64,000 nucleotides of DNA, taken from the NCBI GenBank assembly GCA_035496515.1, contig DATJEO010000212.1, forward strand, positions 1,701 to 65,700. Direction: 5' to 3'. The DNA is from Terracidiphilus sp. (GTDB lineage: Bacteria; Acidobacteriota; Terriglobia; Terriglobales; Acidobacteriaceae). Positions 18,467 through 29,243 of this stretch are shown here, piece by piece (positions within the stretch are counted from its first letter, which is position 1; the number at the start of each line of letters is the position of its first letter). The position numbers and the translations under genes are program-made. The notes beneath the pieces were generated by a model. It was given only the letters and a program-made list of their open reading frames with translations, was not told the origin of the DNA and did no database searches.

Positions 18467-19814
18467 ACACCTTGCCCCCGGCGAGCACCTGCTGGGTCTT
18501 GTCATCGAATGTGACTTTCTCCCCAGTCTGGATCGCTGCCACATTCATGCACAGCGCAATCGAGTGGCTATAACCCGCTTCGATCGGCGCATTAGGAGTT
18601 TTTCGCGAACGAACGCATTCCATCCAGTTGCGCATGTTGGCCGATGTTTGTGGATCCGCGCCGGTATCAGCCGCGGTCGATGCCTCCTCCGCATGGTCCA
18701 CGAGCGAAAAGCCGGGCAGCAGGTTTTCTTTCATACCCATCTCAGCCGCCGATCGCGCAGATAACCCGCCTATCGATGTCACTGTCTGTTTATCCATATC
18801 GATCATGCCGCCGTTGGAATAATAGAGTTCCTTCACTCCTCCAGCCGAGTTCGTGAACCGTGAAGTGTATTGCACCTGGAATCCTTTGCTCGGATCGTCG
18901 AGCGGGCCATAATCGAACACAGCTGTCATCGTGTCCCAGTTCTTACGGCCGTCTTTCCATAGATAAATACCGCCATTGGCTACGACACTGCGCGGATGCG
19001 GCAAACCGGTAAACCAGTGCACCGTATCGATCTGGTGCACAAGCCATTGATCGGGAATACCGGAGGAGTACGGCCAGAACAGACGAAACTCGAGATACTT
19101 CCGTGCATCAAACGGCTCATACGGGCGATCAAGGAGATAGCGCTTCCAATCCGTGTCCTGCTCTTTGAGGAGAGGAACAACGTTTGGTCGCCGCCATCGC
19201 CCAGGCTGATTGACGTTCCAGGTCATCTCAACCATCACGATCTCGCCGAATTTGCCGGACTGAATGTACTCGGCTGCTTTCTGATAACTCGGGGTGCTGC
19301 GACGCTGTGTTCCGATCTGCACGATCTTGCCTGTCTTCTTTACTGCCGCGAGAAACTTCCGCGCATCCTGCATCGTGTGCGCCGTGGGCTTTTCCACATA
19401 CGCGTCCCGGCCGGCATTCACGGCCTCGACACCATGCAACGCGTGCTGAAAATCTGCAGTGGCGATCAGAACAGCGTCCACATCTTTACGGGCGTAGAGC
19501 TCATCATTGTTGCGAACCGGATCGATACGGCTTCCGCTGAGCTTCTGGACGTAGGCGGCACCTTCTTCACGGCGTTTGTTCCAGATGTCAGATACGGCTA
19601 CGAACTCGAAGTTCAATTCCTTTGAATGCTGCAGAAAAGATGGAATCAGCGCTCCTTTCATGCGGTCTCCGCAACCGACCACGCCCACTCTGACGCGGTC
19701 GTTGGACCCGGCGATTGCGCCATAGCTGCGTGCGCTCCACGCCACTGTGGTGGCAGTAACTGCTGCCGACCCCGTTTTCAAGAAATTCCTGCGACTGTTT
19801 TCCATGCTTGCCAT
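18459..19814 (-). CDS. Tat-exported Gfo/Idh/MocA-family oxidoreductase
   Basis: SRRNFLK; RVGVVGCG, DVDAVLIAT, YVEKP, QIGTQRRS, WLVHQID, NWMECVRSR. Confidence 0.9.
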   Translation of the reverse strand: MASMENSRRNFLKTGSAAVTATTVAWSARSYGAIAGSNDRVRVGVVGCGDRMKGALIPSFLQHSKELNFEFVAVSDIWNKRREEGAAYVQKLSGSRIDPVRNNDELYARKDVDAVLIATADFQHALHGVEAVNAGRDAYVEKPTAHTMQDARKFLAAVKKTGKIVQIGTQRRSTPSYQKAAEYIQSGKFGEIVMVEMTWNVNQPGRWRRPNVVPLLKEQDTDWKRYLLDRPYEPFDARKYLEFRLFWPYSSGIPDQWLVHQIDTVHWFTGLPHPRSVVANGGIYLWKDGRKNWDTMTAVFDYGPLDDPSKGFQVQYTSRFTNSAGGVKELYYSNGGMIDMDKQTVTSIGGLSARSAAEMGMKENLLPGFSLVDHAEEASTAADTGADPQTSANMRNWMECVRSRKTPNAPIEAGYSHSIALCMNVAAIQTGEKVTFDDKTQQVLAGGKVYA

Positions 19815-19875
19815 GAATGGCTCCTCGTCATAAATAGCATCCTGAAATTCACGCATCTATCCTAAGGCACCGGAC

Positions 19876-19902
19876 AGCGCCGGATTTCAGAAACCCGGCG
19901 CT
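19876..19902 (-). other. Intergenic stem-loop between GH78 and Gfo/Idh/MocA genes
   Basis: AGCGCCGG...CCGGCGCT stem without a U-tract. Confidence 0.35.
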
Positions 19903-19960
19903 AAAGAATTGGGGAATGAATTCCATGTTGACTCAGTTAGTTCTTGAACGCGCGTCAAGT

Positions 19961-22768
19961 CTATTCGCTCATTTCAAGTGATTCGGGGGGCGAAAGAAAA
20001 TGATAGCGGCCTGAGGTGATTCGCAGTAGCTGGTAGCTGCTTTCACTCTTTAACCACTCCACCCCTTTAGCGGTCGTAATCGGCTGATTCGATTCCCTGA
20101 TACTGTCCCTCGCCTTTCCTGGCACACGGATGATGGCTGTCATCCCCGGGGGGATAAGAGCATCAATCTCCGTACGTTCTCCGGTCCGGTGCCACGCAAT
20201 GGAGATCCTTCCAACGGCAGAGTCATACGACGCGCTTGCCGACGTGATCCCGCAGACCATTTCCGGTCGCAGAATGAGCTGCTCACCCTGGGGGCGGGAC
20301 AAGTCGAAGTCCAGGCCAGCCAGACCGCGATAGAACCACTCTTCCGCATGACCCAACATGAAGTGGTTCTGTGAACTGGTGGGATCGGAGTTCCAGGCCT
20401 CCGTTAATGAAGTCGCTCCCATCTTCAACTGGTAGCCGTAGCTCGGCGGATCGGTGCGCGAAAGCATATCGCAGATCACATCGCTGCGACCTCCTTCATT
20501 GAGTGACTCCAATACATAATGAAATCCAATATCCCCGGCAGTCACGTGATTCTGATGAGAGCGGACATCGGCAACGAGATTCTCAACTACGGCTCGACGT
20601 CGCTTCTCCGGCACGAGACCAACCGCCAGCGAAATCGCATTCGCAGTCTGGCTTCCGGTGTCGTATTGATTTGTATCGCTATGCAGGAGCTCGCGGTTGT
20701 AGCTCTTACTAACCGCATCGGCAAGGGATCTGTAACGGGTGGCGTCGTCGGTCTTTCCCAGCAGCGACGCGATCTGCGACATCAGTGACAGATCGCGATA
20801 ATAGATTGCCGTTGCGGTCACCTTCATCCCGGTGAGCTGGGCATAACCCGGCGGCTTGGGGCCCATGTCGTACCAGTCGCCAAGTCCTTCGCTCAGGATG
20901 CCGTCTCTCGCCTCGGCATGAAGAAAGTCTAGATACTTCTGCATCTGTTCGTAGTGATTCCTGAGCAGATCAAGATCGTGAGTGAACCGATACTCGGTCC
21001 ACGGACTGAGAATCACCGCGCTGCCCCATTCGGGCGAATCACGGAAGCCGTTTTCGAACACCGCGTATTCTGGTGCAATTTCAGGTACAAGTCCCGATGG
21101 GAGCTGCGAATCTTGCATGTCAGCACTCATCTTCCGGTAGAGATTGCGGACATCATACCCATAGAAGATTCCGGGACCCATCAAATGTGTCTGCTCCAGC
21201 CAACCCAACTTCTCACGATGCGGGCAGTCGGTGAGAACACTCTGCATGTTGCTCTCGATAGCCATATCGATGAGGCGGTGAATTCGATTGAAGAGCGGAT
21301 TGCTCGTCTGGAATGCCCCTGCAGGGCGTGCTGACGAATGGATAAAGATGCCAGCTACGTTTTCAATGTGCGGCAACGCATTCGAACCTGGAGCCGGAGT
21401 TGTTTGCACCTGTACATAGCGAAAACCGGAATAGGTGAAACGCGGATGCCAACGTTCAACGCCCTGGCCACCGAGGATGTACGTAAACCAGACAGGCCCA
21501 TCAAAGCTTCGCTGAGTGACCAGACCGTCATCCGTCAGCAGCTCTCCGGGAGTCAACTTTACGGCGCTGCCTCGGGGACCGCGAACGGAGATCTCGGGCC
21601 AGCCGGAGAAGTTCTGGCCTAGATCGTAGACGGTGATACCCCGCTTTGGTGTAGTCACCTTTACTGTCCTATAAGTCTGCATCGGCTTGATTGAAGGAAT
21701 CTGCTGGGCCTTCAGCACGCCGCCCGGTCCATCTGTGACCTTTGCCCGAGCCCATTCTGCATCGTCAAAACCGGGCTGTTCCCACCCCGGCGACACCCGG
21801 GCGTCGTAGTCTTCTCCGCCGTAGGTCGATGAGAACGTGATTGGACTTTTCGACGTTTTCCACCTATCGTCACTGCCGATTATTTCCTCGCTTCCATCGG
21901 CGTGAGTCAGCATCATCTGCGCAATGAGCTTCGGCGGTCCGAAAGTTCCCTGAAGTTTTTGATAGCGCTGCGGCGTGTGCGGCACGTTATACATTCCGTT
22001 GCCAAGAAGCACAGCGATCGCGTTTCTTCCCGTCTTCAAATTGCGTGTCACGTCAAAGGCGTTGTAGAGGATCGTTTTTTGGTAGTTGGTCCAGCCCGGA
22101 TTCAGAACGCTGTCCGTTACAGGCTGTCCATTCACGAGAGCTTCGTATTGGCCCAGTCCCGAAACGAAGAGAATCGCCCGCTTTATCACCCCGGATGTCT
22201 GAAATGTATGTCGAAAGACCGGGACTGCAGCTGCGTCTTGTTGGGGGTCTTTTCCCAGAACTTGTGCGTCGGATGTAATCCAGTGTGCCGTCCAGTCGTT
22301 CGGCTGGAGTCCCATCGTGAATGTTGCGGCCTCGCTCCAGGAACTTGCGGCGTCGCTTTGATCCCAGATCTGCACCTTCCACCAATAGCTACTAGCTGCA
22401 CGAAGCGGCTTTCCGGCATAGCGACTCTGGAGGACATTTTTGGCACTCAATTTGCCTGTGTCCCAGAGATCCCCCTGGTCACGGGTCAGCTTGGTTAGAG
22501 ATGAGGCGACAATAACCCGATAACCGGTCAGGCTCAGGCCGCGAAGGGTCGCGTTCCGCGGAGTCGCGATCCAACTCAAGGTGGGAGAGTCCGTCTGAAT
22601 ACCCAAAGGATTCTCACGCGACTCACAACGCAGCTTCGATGCGACAAGGCTTCCAGTCAAGCTGCGCTGCAAAGGAGCGGCAGCGGCAGACACAGCAACC
22701 AGGATGGAGCAGGCTAATCCAGATAGTTGTCGAAAGTAGCGCGTGGGCGTTCGAGGCAGACGATGCAC
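19961..22768 (-). CDS. GH78 alpha-L-rhamnosidase
   Basis: Signal peptide; LRCExxxNPLGI, YDLGQNFSGW, FTYSGFRYVQ, TDCPHREKLGWLE, GATSLTEAW, SQNHFMLG. Confidence 0.93.
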   Translation of the reverse strand: MHRLPRTPTRYFRQLSGLACSILVAVSAAAAPLQRSLTGSLVASKLRCESRENPLGIQTDSPTLSWIATPRNATLRGLSLTGYRVIVASSLTKLTRDQGDLWDTGKLSAKNVLQSRYAGKPLRAASSYWWKVQIWDQSDAASSWSEAATFTMGLQPNDWTAHWITSDAQVLGKDPQQDAAAVPVFRHTFQTSGVIKRAILFVSGLGQYEALVNGQPVTDSVLNPGWTNYQKTILYNAFDVTRNLKTGRNAIAVLLGNGMYNVPHTPQRYQKLQGTFGPPKLIAQMMLTHADGSEEIIGSDDRWKTSKSPITFSSTYGGEDYDARVSPGWEQPGFDDAEWARAKVTDGPGGVLKAQQIPSIKPMQTYRTVKVTTPKRGITVYDLGQNFSGWPEISVRGPRGSAVKLTPGELLTDDGLVTQRSFDGPVWFTYILGGQGVERWHPRFTYSGFRYVQVQTTPAPGSNALPHIENVAGIFIHSSARPAGAFQTSNPLFNRIHRLIDMAIESNMQSVLTDCPHREKLGWLEQTHLMGPGIFYGYDVRNLYRKMSADMQDSQLPSGLVPEIAPEYAVFENGFRDSPEWGSAVILSPWTEYRFTHDLDLLRNHYEQMQKYLDFLHAEARDGILSEGLGDWYDMGPKPPGYAQLTGMKVTATAIYYRDLSLMSQIASLLGKTDDATRYRSLADAVSKSYNRELLHSDTNQYDTGSQTANAISLAVGLVPEKRRRAVVENLVADVRSHQNHVTAGDIGFHYVLESLNEGGRSDVICDMLSRTDPPSYGYQLKMGATSLTEAWNSDPTSSQNHFMLGHAEEWFYRGLAGLDFDLSRPQGEQLILRPEMVCGITSASASYDSAVGRISIAWHRTGERTEIDALIPPGMTAIIRVPGKARDSIRESNQPITTAKGVEWLKSESSYQLLRITSGRYHFLSPPESLEMSE

Positions 22769-22820
22769 AATGACTCCTGTGGTTGATGCAAAGCAATTGC
22801 AACATAAGCTGCTACGTGGG

Positions 22821-25800
22821 CTAGTCGTCCGGTATATCGATCCGCACTGGTCCGAGCAGTCCGGATGCCTGCAGCTGTTCGTCTCCAGAGAACGGATACT
22901 TACCTGGGATCCAAGTCAGCCGCTCTCCTTCCGGCAACGAGCTGTCCCGCAACAGCCGGTTCCACCAGAGGTTCGCGACTGTGACTTCCAGCTCATTGCC
23001 GCGCGCCTTCAGCACACGCTCGGGCAAAGCGAGGCGCCAGGGCGCACACCAAGCCACACCCAAGTCCTGCCCATTCAATCGCGCCGCAGCAATGTTTCGA
23101 ACCTCCCCAAGTGAGAGTGAGAGATTTCGATCGCCAATGTCTTCAGCGTCGAATCTGATTTTGTAGACAGCTTTTCCTGAGTAATATCGAATTCCGTTCT
23201 CGGATCTTCTGGTCCAGTCCTCAAGACGATCGAAGCGCACCGAGCCGGGACCGCCCCACTTCGGATCAAATGTTACTTCCCATGCGCCTTCCAAAGTTAA
23301 TAACGGCCGCAACCGAGGGAAATTCTCAGTTTCTGATCTTTCCCTCGCCGTGCTGCGGAACACCACGAAACCGCTCTGGTGAGGTTCCAAACGAACTGGA
23401 ACATGCGTCCGTCCTTCTTTCTCCTCAAACTGTTGAAGGAGCCGCCGCTCACCGTTCAGAGCGTCCCACCACTCAGGCTGTTTTCCCGTCACCCGAAACA
23501 CCCACGAAGCGGATAGCTCCCGGTCGTTGCGGTTGGCAACGAAGTAGATATCCTGGTCGCCGTCGCGCCGATGAATGGCACGCATCCCGTCACCTTCGAA
23601 ATCCGGTTTCACGTCGAGGTCAGCAAGCAGTTGCGATGTAATCCGATAGGGCGGATAGAGCGAAGCCGCCTGCAGACTCGCTTCCGTCAAGTTCCATGGT
23701 GAAGCAACGAATCCCCCGAGTTCGACCGCAGAATCGTCCTTGCTATCAGAGGACTGACGCACAGTCCAGGAACTATCGGTGACGACTTGCAGACGTTTGC
23801 CCGACGATCCAATCCCACACAGGGCGGCGATAACGCCAAACGGCGGCTTGGATTTTTGACTATCGCAGTCCACGGTGACTTTTATCTCGTTGTTGCCGTC
23901 GTGAATCAGCCAAGTTGCATCCAACCGTTGCACTTGGTTGATCACGTTGCCACCGCCCAGCCGCGACCCATTTAAGGAGACCTCATAGGCAGGACTTGCA
24001 GTGATGAGCACCTCAGCGATATCGAGCTCACTCGCATTTTCAACCCGAAACCGTCGCATGAACGATCGAATGCCCCGGTTCGCCTCAGGTGCATTCGAAC
24101 CCTTTGCCCAGATCCATCGCGCGTCTGCAAGCGGATTTTCCTGAGCCCAGCGATATGCGCTCGTATCAAGGACTGCCGATCCGGCGCCGACTTTGCGGAT
24201 TGTTCCCTCTTTTGTGCCTACGCCGAACAATGATTCTGCAATCGCACGAACCTGAACATCGCAATCTGGGTGTCCGCTCAGACTTGGCGAAGCCTTTGGC
24301 GGCATGCCCACCACCGTGGCGCCTGCTTCGGCCAGTTCTGCGATCTTCTTCAACAACTCTGGCGTCATGGTCTCAACCTGCGGGAGCACAAGTACGCGAT
24401 ACCGCATGCCGTCCGGAAGTACGATCTCGCCGTTTTTTACGGAGGCTCGAGCGATTAGAGTTCCAGGCGCGCAACCATCGAAGTTGTGTCCCCACCGGTC
24501 TTTGAACTCGCCCGGCTGAAAGGCAGAAGGCGGTGCAAGGAAGACGTTGGGAGCACCCTCCGCTGCGAGATACAGGACATCAGCGACGAACAGACCGCGC
24601 CTCAGCATCGCCGAACAACGCGTAACATAACGGTGATAGGCGCTGGACATATCCCACCATGTCTGTGTTCGATCCCAATGAACCCCGTAGCCGCCTTCTG
24701 GGCCCATGGTCATTCCGGGCGCCTTATCTGAGCCTGACTGAGACTGAAAACGGTGAAAGACAATCCGATTGATTCCCGCGCAGAAAGCCCAATCGCCCTG
24801 GCTTTTCATCGACGCAGGATGCTGCAGCCACCGCTCCGGAAACTCCGCAGTGAAGGACTCTGCCGCAATCACCTTTTTGCCGTTCGTATGTCCTACGGAC
24901 GTGGATTCGACAACGCTCCAATCGGTGTTGATTTGGCCGTAGTGGGACCAGAACTCCGCCATTGGAACATCCGCAATCTTACCTAGCTCCAGATCCGAGC
25001 ACGGATCGAGATCATATGGCTCGAGCGCCATTTGCAAACCGTACTTCTGTCCCATGCTCCTGAGCGCTTCTGCCTGGTTTGCAATTGTGAGTTCCTGCGC
25101 GGTCTGTCGTATATCCCACAGGAAACGCTCCGTAGTTGCCCGATCCTTGACCATAAAACCCGCAAGTGCCGGAAGGAAATTCGTCGGTGCGTACCCCCTG
25201 CGACGCTCGAACTCCGAAGCAAACTGCGCGCTCCAGTTCTGCGAACTCATCTCCCAGCTGTCATAGTGCAGCGTCGTCAATCCAGTTGTCTTGTGCCATC
25301 GGTTGCCGATCCTATCCAGCAGGGGTTTGAAATATGCATCGAAGTGATGCTCCGCAGCGGCGGGGTCAAACTTATTCGTCTCCCAACCCAGACCGGGATT
25401 CGGAGCTGGGCGCGTGGTTTGCGCGGTGATTCTTCGGCCGGCTCTCATGACGATCCATTCGCCTTCGGGTATCGCCCAGTCGAGCGTGCCGTCCTTTCTT
25501 AAAAGCTTGGTCAGATCCTGCACTTTCGCAGCGGCCACGCAGTTCTGCGCTCCCATCTCGGGATATTCCGAATGGGACGGCAGAGCTGGCCGCACCCACG
25601 GCACTTTGGTGAACGGTCCCAGAATTTGCGATGAGTAAGACCCGCGCGTATACAGGGCCTTCTCTTCGAGGTCTGGCGTCTTCGCCTCGTCCTGTGTGGC
25701 CGGAAAAGCCAGTACATAGTCGTCAAGGTAAAACTCTTCCCATACCTTGCGAAGTTCCGGCGTCAACGTCTCCTCGCCAAAGAATGGCGTGCGCGGTTTC

Positions 25801-26303
25801 GGCTTGGGGAGCGCTCCCTGAAACTTCCCGGGACCATGCATACGACTCACACTAGTTTACAGGAATTGCATTGACTCTCCCGGCTTTACCCATGGCCCGC
25901 CTGCCCCGCACCAACCCGCTCCCGCGCCCAAAGCCATCTCCAGGCCAAGTGAGTCCGCGTGCCCGAATGCATCCGCTACCATCTGCTGCCACGGCTCACT
26001 CATGAACTTGACCGGGCCGGGAGGGATCCCGATATTCACCTCGAGGTAGACGCCTCCACCTAGGCCTGCACTCTTCAACGACTCGAGATCTGCCCTCATT
26101 GCAGCTGCTTCAAGGTGTCCGTCCATGAAATACCAGTAAACCCACGGACGCGCGCTGTCAGGGGGATTTAAAAACGCTGCATGCTCGCGATCGCCGGGAT
26201 CGATCGCCGCCGCTCGCAATCGGTCGCTCATTGCCAGACCCAAGATTGTCAGCGAACCCGACTTCAACAGCGCTCTCCTGTTCAACCTTTCAAAGACGCC
26301 CAT
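22821..26303 (-). pseudogene. Tat-exported GH106 alpha-L-rhamnosidase-like gene interrupted by one in-frame TAA (25857-25859)
   Basis: N-part: NRRALLK, FLNPPDSARPWVYWYFMDG, GWCGAGGPWVKP; reads ...SMQFL*TSVSRMHGPG... in the same frame into HYDSWE, PMAEFW, AAESFT, GINRIVFH, SGLLGPV. Confidence 0.85.
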
Positions 26304-26416
26304 TGATTCCCCTTCAGTGCAGCTGTTGATTTTAGAATGCCTCCAAGAACCGCCGCTCGATGAAAATGAGCGAAAGGTAGTTGAGAGGCAAACATTGAGG
26401 TGGACAGGAGGCAAAA

Positions 26417-27193
26417 ATGGATGATCCGAATGCGAGGCAGGATCAACGAAGGGTAGCGATGATCACAGGCGCTGGCAGCGGCATCGGCCGCGCCGTCTCT
26501 TTAGCACTTCACGCTGCCGGCTATTCCGTTGTCCTGGCAGGGAGGCACATTGCCCGTCTGGAGGAGACCGCGGCGATGGCTGACAACGCGGGTACGTCAC
26601 TGCTGGCAGTTCCGGCGGATGTGACTCAGCCCGACTCTGTTGACCAACTGTTCTCGAAAACACACGCGGCATTCGGGCGGCTGGATCTTCTATTCAACAA
26701 CGCGGGAATCGGAGCTCCTGCGATTCCGATGGAAGACCTCACTTTCGCACAATGGAGCGATGTCGTGAATGTCAACCTAACCGGCGCCTTCCTGTGCGCC
26801 CAGGGAGCGATGCGAATGATGAAATCGCAGCAGCCGCGCGGAGGCCGCATCATCAACAACGGCTCGATCTCCTCGCACGCGCCCAGACCGCATTCCGCGC
26901 CCTACACGGCAACGAAGCATGCCATTACCGGACTGACCCGAAGCATTTCCCTGGATGGTCGACCCTACAACATTGCCTGCGGTCAGATCGATATCGGAAA
27001 CGCGCAAACCGACATGATGGCGACGATCGCAAAGGGAGCACTGCAGCCGGATGGCGAGACGCGGCCCGAACCGACTATGGATGTGAAGCACGTAGCGAAT
27101 GCGGTGCTTTACATGGCCAGTCTGCCGCTCGAAGCCAATGTTCAATTCATGACGGTGATGGCGACCAGAATGCCGTTCATCGGTCGCGGTTAG
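26417..27193 (+). CDS. SDR oxidoreductase
   Basis: [38 protein letters not shown]; GGAGG RBS. Confidence 0.92.
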   Translation: MDDPNARQDQRRVAMITGAGSGIGRAVSLALHAAGYSVVLAGRHIARLEETAAMADNAGTSLLAVPADVTQPDSVDQLFSKTHAAFGRLDLLFNNAGIGAPAIPMEDLTFAQWSDVVNVNLTGAFLCAQGAMRMMKSQQPRGGRIINNGSISSHAPRPHSAPYTATKHAITGLTRSISLDGRPYNIACGQIDIGNAQTDMMATIAKGALQPDGETRPEPTMDVKHVANAVLYMASLPLEANVQFMTVMATRMPFIGRG

Positions 27194-27225
27194 TCAAAGC
27201 TTCCGCGTCAGCATGGCCACATTCG

Positions 27226-28380
27226 CTAGGGATGCAAAGCCTGCAGATTGCCATAGCCCACGACGACTGTGGACCCCACGAGGGTCAGCAGCGTAAGAAA
27301 GACGAGAACCTTGGTACGCAAGCTCACGCCACGCCACTCCTTCAGCGCGATTCCCCAGACGGTGCTGAAGATCATGATGCTGGCCATGTGCAGTGTCCAA
27401 CTCGAAAACTTATACTGACCCATCTGCGTCTCGCCCATGGTGTAGAAGAAAAACTGCATGTACCAGGTTGCCCCTGCCAGAGCAGAGAAGCCGTAGTTCG
27501 CTGCAAGTGATGATGTCGCGCGCGAATGAAGCTCAAAATCAAGGGCCATCTCTGTGGATGCGGCATCTGTGACATTCTCTATCGGCGGATGTGCCCTCAG
27601 ATTACTTTCTGGCCGGGGTGGGATGCGCAGATACTCACCGTAGCTTTTGTTCTGGATGCTCAGCACCAAGCACCAGATGAAGTTGGTTGTGAAGCCTCCT
27701 GCCAGCAACACAACAAGCACAGGCAATCCCTGCCACATGACCGGAGTCCCCTGCCCCACGGTTAGTTCCTTGATCGGATTCCCGGCATCGAGTCCAAATG
27801 CGAAGCAGGAGCTCATGACTCCGCAAAACGTCGCAACTCCAAGGCCGCGCTTCAAGCTGAATTCCTGGATGCTCGCGAGCTTCTCCTCCTGGGAAAGCTC
27901 TTTCTCCTTTGAGATTCCGGCCGCCCCCGCGAGCACAATTCCGCCAATGCAAATGCCTACACCAACGAGAATGATGATCCCCGATCGCTGCCCCAGGAGC
28001 TGCATGAATTGCCCATGGAAGATGGGCGGGACCAGAGTCCCGAAGACCGCCGTGTAGCCGAGTGCGACAGACATGCCCAGTGAGAGGCCGAGATACCGCA
28101 TCGTCAAGCCAAACGTCAATCCGCCGAGTCCCCAAAGAACGCCAAAGAAGTATGTCCAGAGGATTGCCGATGTCGGCGCCATTCCGAGGACGTGAAAGAG
28201 ATCGTGAGTCAGAGATAACGCCAGCACCCATGGCACGATGATCCAGCTCATCACGCCGCCGGCGAGCCAATATGTTTCCCACGACCACCCGAGGATGCGT
28301 CGAAATGGCACATAGAAGCTGGCAGAGGCCAGGCCTCCCAGCCAATGCAAGAAAACGCCCAACAGCGGATTGCCGCCCAA
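27226..28380 (-). CDS. rhaT: L-rhamnose/H+ symporter
   Basis: HWLGGLASASFYVPF, WSWETYW, WGLGGLTFGLTMRYLGLSLG, GGFTTNFIWC, WYMQFFFY, SWTLHMA, LKEW; TTG start after GAGG. Confidence 0.92.
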   Translation of the reverse strand: MGGNPLLGVFLHWLGGLASASFYVPFRRILGWSWETYWLAGGVMSWIIVPWVLALSLTHDLFHVLGMAPTSAILWTYFFGVLWGLGGLTFGLTMRYLGLSLGMSVALGYTAVFGTLVPPIFHGQFMQLLGQRSGIIILVGVGICIGGIVLAGAAGISKEKELSQEEKLASIQEFSLKRGLGVATFCGVMSSCFAFGLDAGNPIKELTVGQGTPVMWQGLPVLVVLLAGGFTTNFIWCLVLSIQNKSYGEYLRIPPRPESNLRAHPPIENVTDAASTEMALDFELHSRATSSLAANYGFSALAGATWYMQFFFYTMGETQMGQYKFSSWTLHMASIMIFSTVWGIALKEWRGVSLRTKVLVFLTLLTLVGSTVVVGYGNLQALHP

Positions 28381-28436
28381 CCATCACCTCTCTTGTTGCA
28401 TGCCTCTGCCCACAACCAACTTGAACCAAGTGGAAC

Positions 28437-29222
28437 TCACTTCAACGGCTCATCAAATTCCGCGGCCGCCATCAAGCCTGCGTCGACTACGTGAAGCACC
28501 CCAGTGATTCCGGCCGAATCGTCTGAAACCAGATAGAGCGCGGCCCTGGCCACATCTTCCGGTCTCAGAATTACTCCCAGAGGGACTCGAGATAGCCGCG
28601 CCTTGATGCGAGCTTCGCCTTCGGCCCCATGTCCTAGGTGCTCGCGAAGCATGGGAGTGTCGGTAATCCCAGGGCAGATGCAGTTCACGCGAATCCGGTC
28701 TCTCCCCAAGTCAAGAGCAAGCGACTTGGTAAGCAATGCAATTGCGCCTTTTGAGGCAGAATACGCTGGCGTCCCGACCTGACCGGCAAGACTCGCTATC
28801 GAACCGGTATTGAGAATCGCACCCCCTCTGCCCCGTCGCATGTGCGGCACGACATGCTTGATGGCGAGGAACGATCCCTTCACATTGACTGCCATCACAC
28901 GGTCCCACTCTGCCTCAGTCATTTGCTCGACAGGCTTTACCAGCAGAACGCCTGCGTTGTTGAAGAGAATGTCAATGCGCCCCCAGCGTGCTGCCGTGTC
29001 CTCCACCATCCGGCGAACATCCGCTTCGCTTGATACTTCGACCTCCATGGAAAATGCCTCGGATCCGTCGGAGCAGATGCATCGAGCCGTGTCTTCGGCC
29101 CCACTCTTCGACAGATCCGCAACCACAACTTTCGCTCCCTCGCGTCCGAAAGCAATGGCGCTAGCGCGACCGATCCCGCTTGCCGCGCCGGTGACGATTG
29201 CGACTTTCCCAGCAAGTTTCAA
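28437..29222 (-). CDS. SDR oxidoreductase (candidate sugar 1-dehydrogenase)
   Basis: TGAASGIG, FNNAG, YSASKG, IRVNCICPG; lies between aldA and rhaT. Confidence 0.88.
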   Translation of the reverse strand: MKLAGKVAIVTGAASGIGRASAIAFGREGAKVVVADLSKSGAEDTARCICSDGSEAFSMEVEVSSEADVRRMVEDTAARWGRIDILFNNAGVLLVKPVEQMTEAEWDRVMAVNVKGSFLAIKHVVPHMRRGRGGAILNTGSIASLAGQVGTPAYSASKGAIALLTKSLALDLGRDRIRVNCICPGITDTPMLREHLGHGAEGEARIKARLSRVPLGVILRPEDVARAALYLVSDDSAGITGVLHVVDAGLMAAAEFDEPLK

Positions 29223-29243
29223 ATGGAAAGTTTCTCCGGACCT

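Noticed and set aside
25857-25859. Programmed recoding (Sec/Pyl) at the GH106 stop
   Set aside because: The codon is TAA, not TGA or TAG, and no recoding hairpin is evident.
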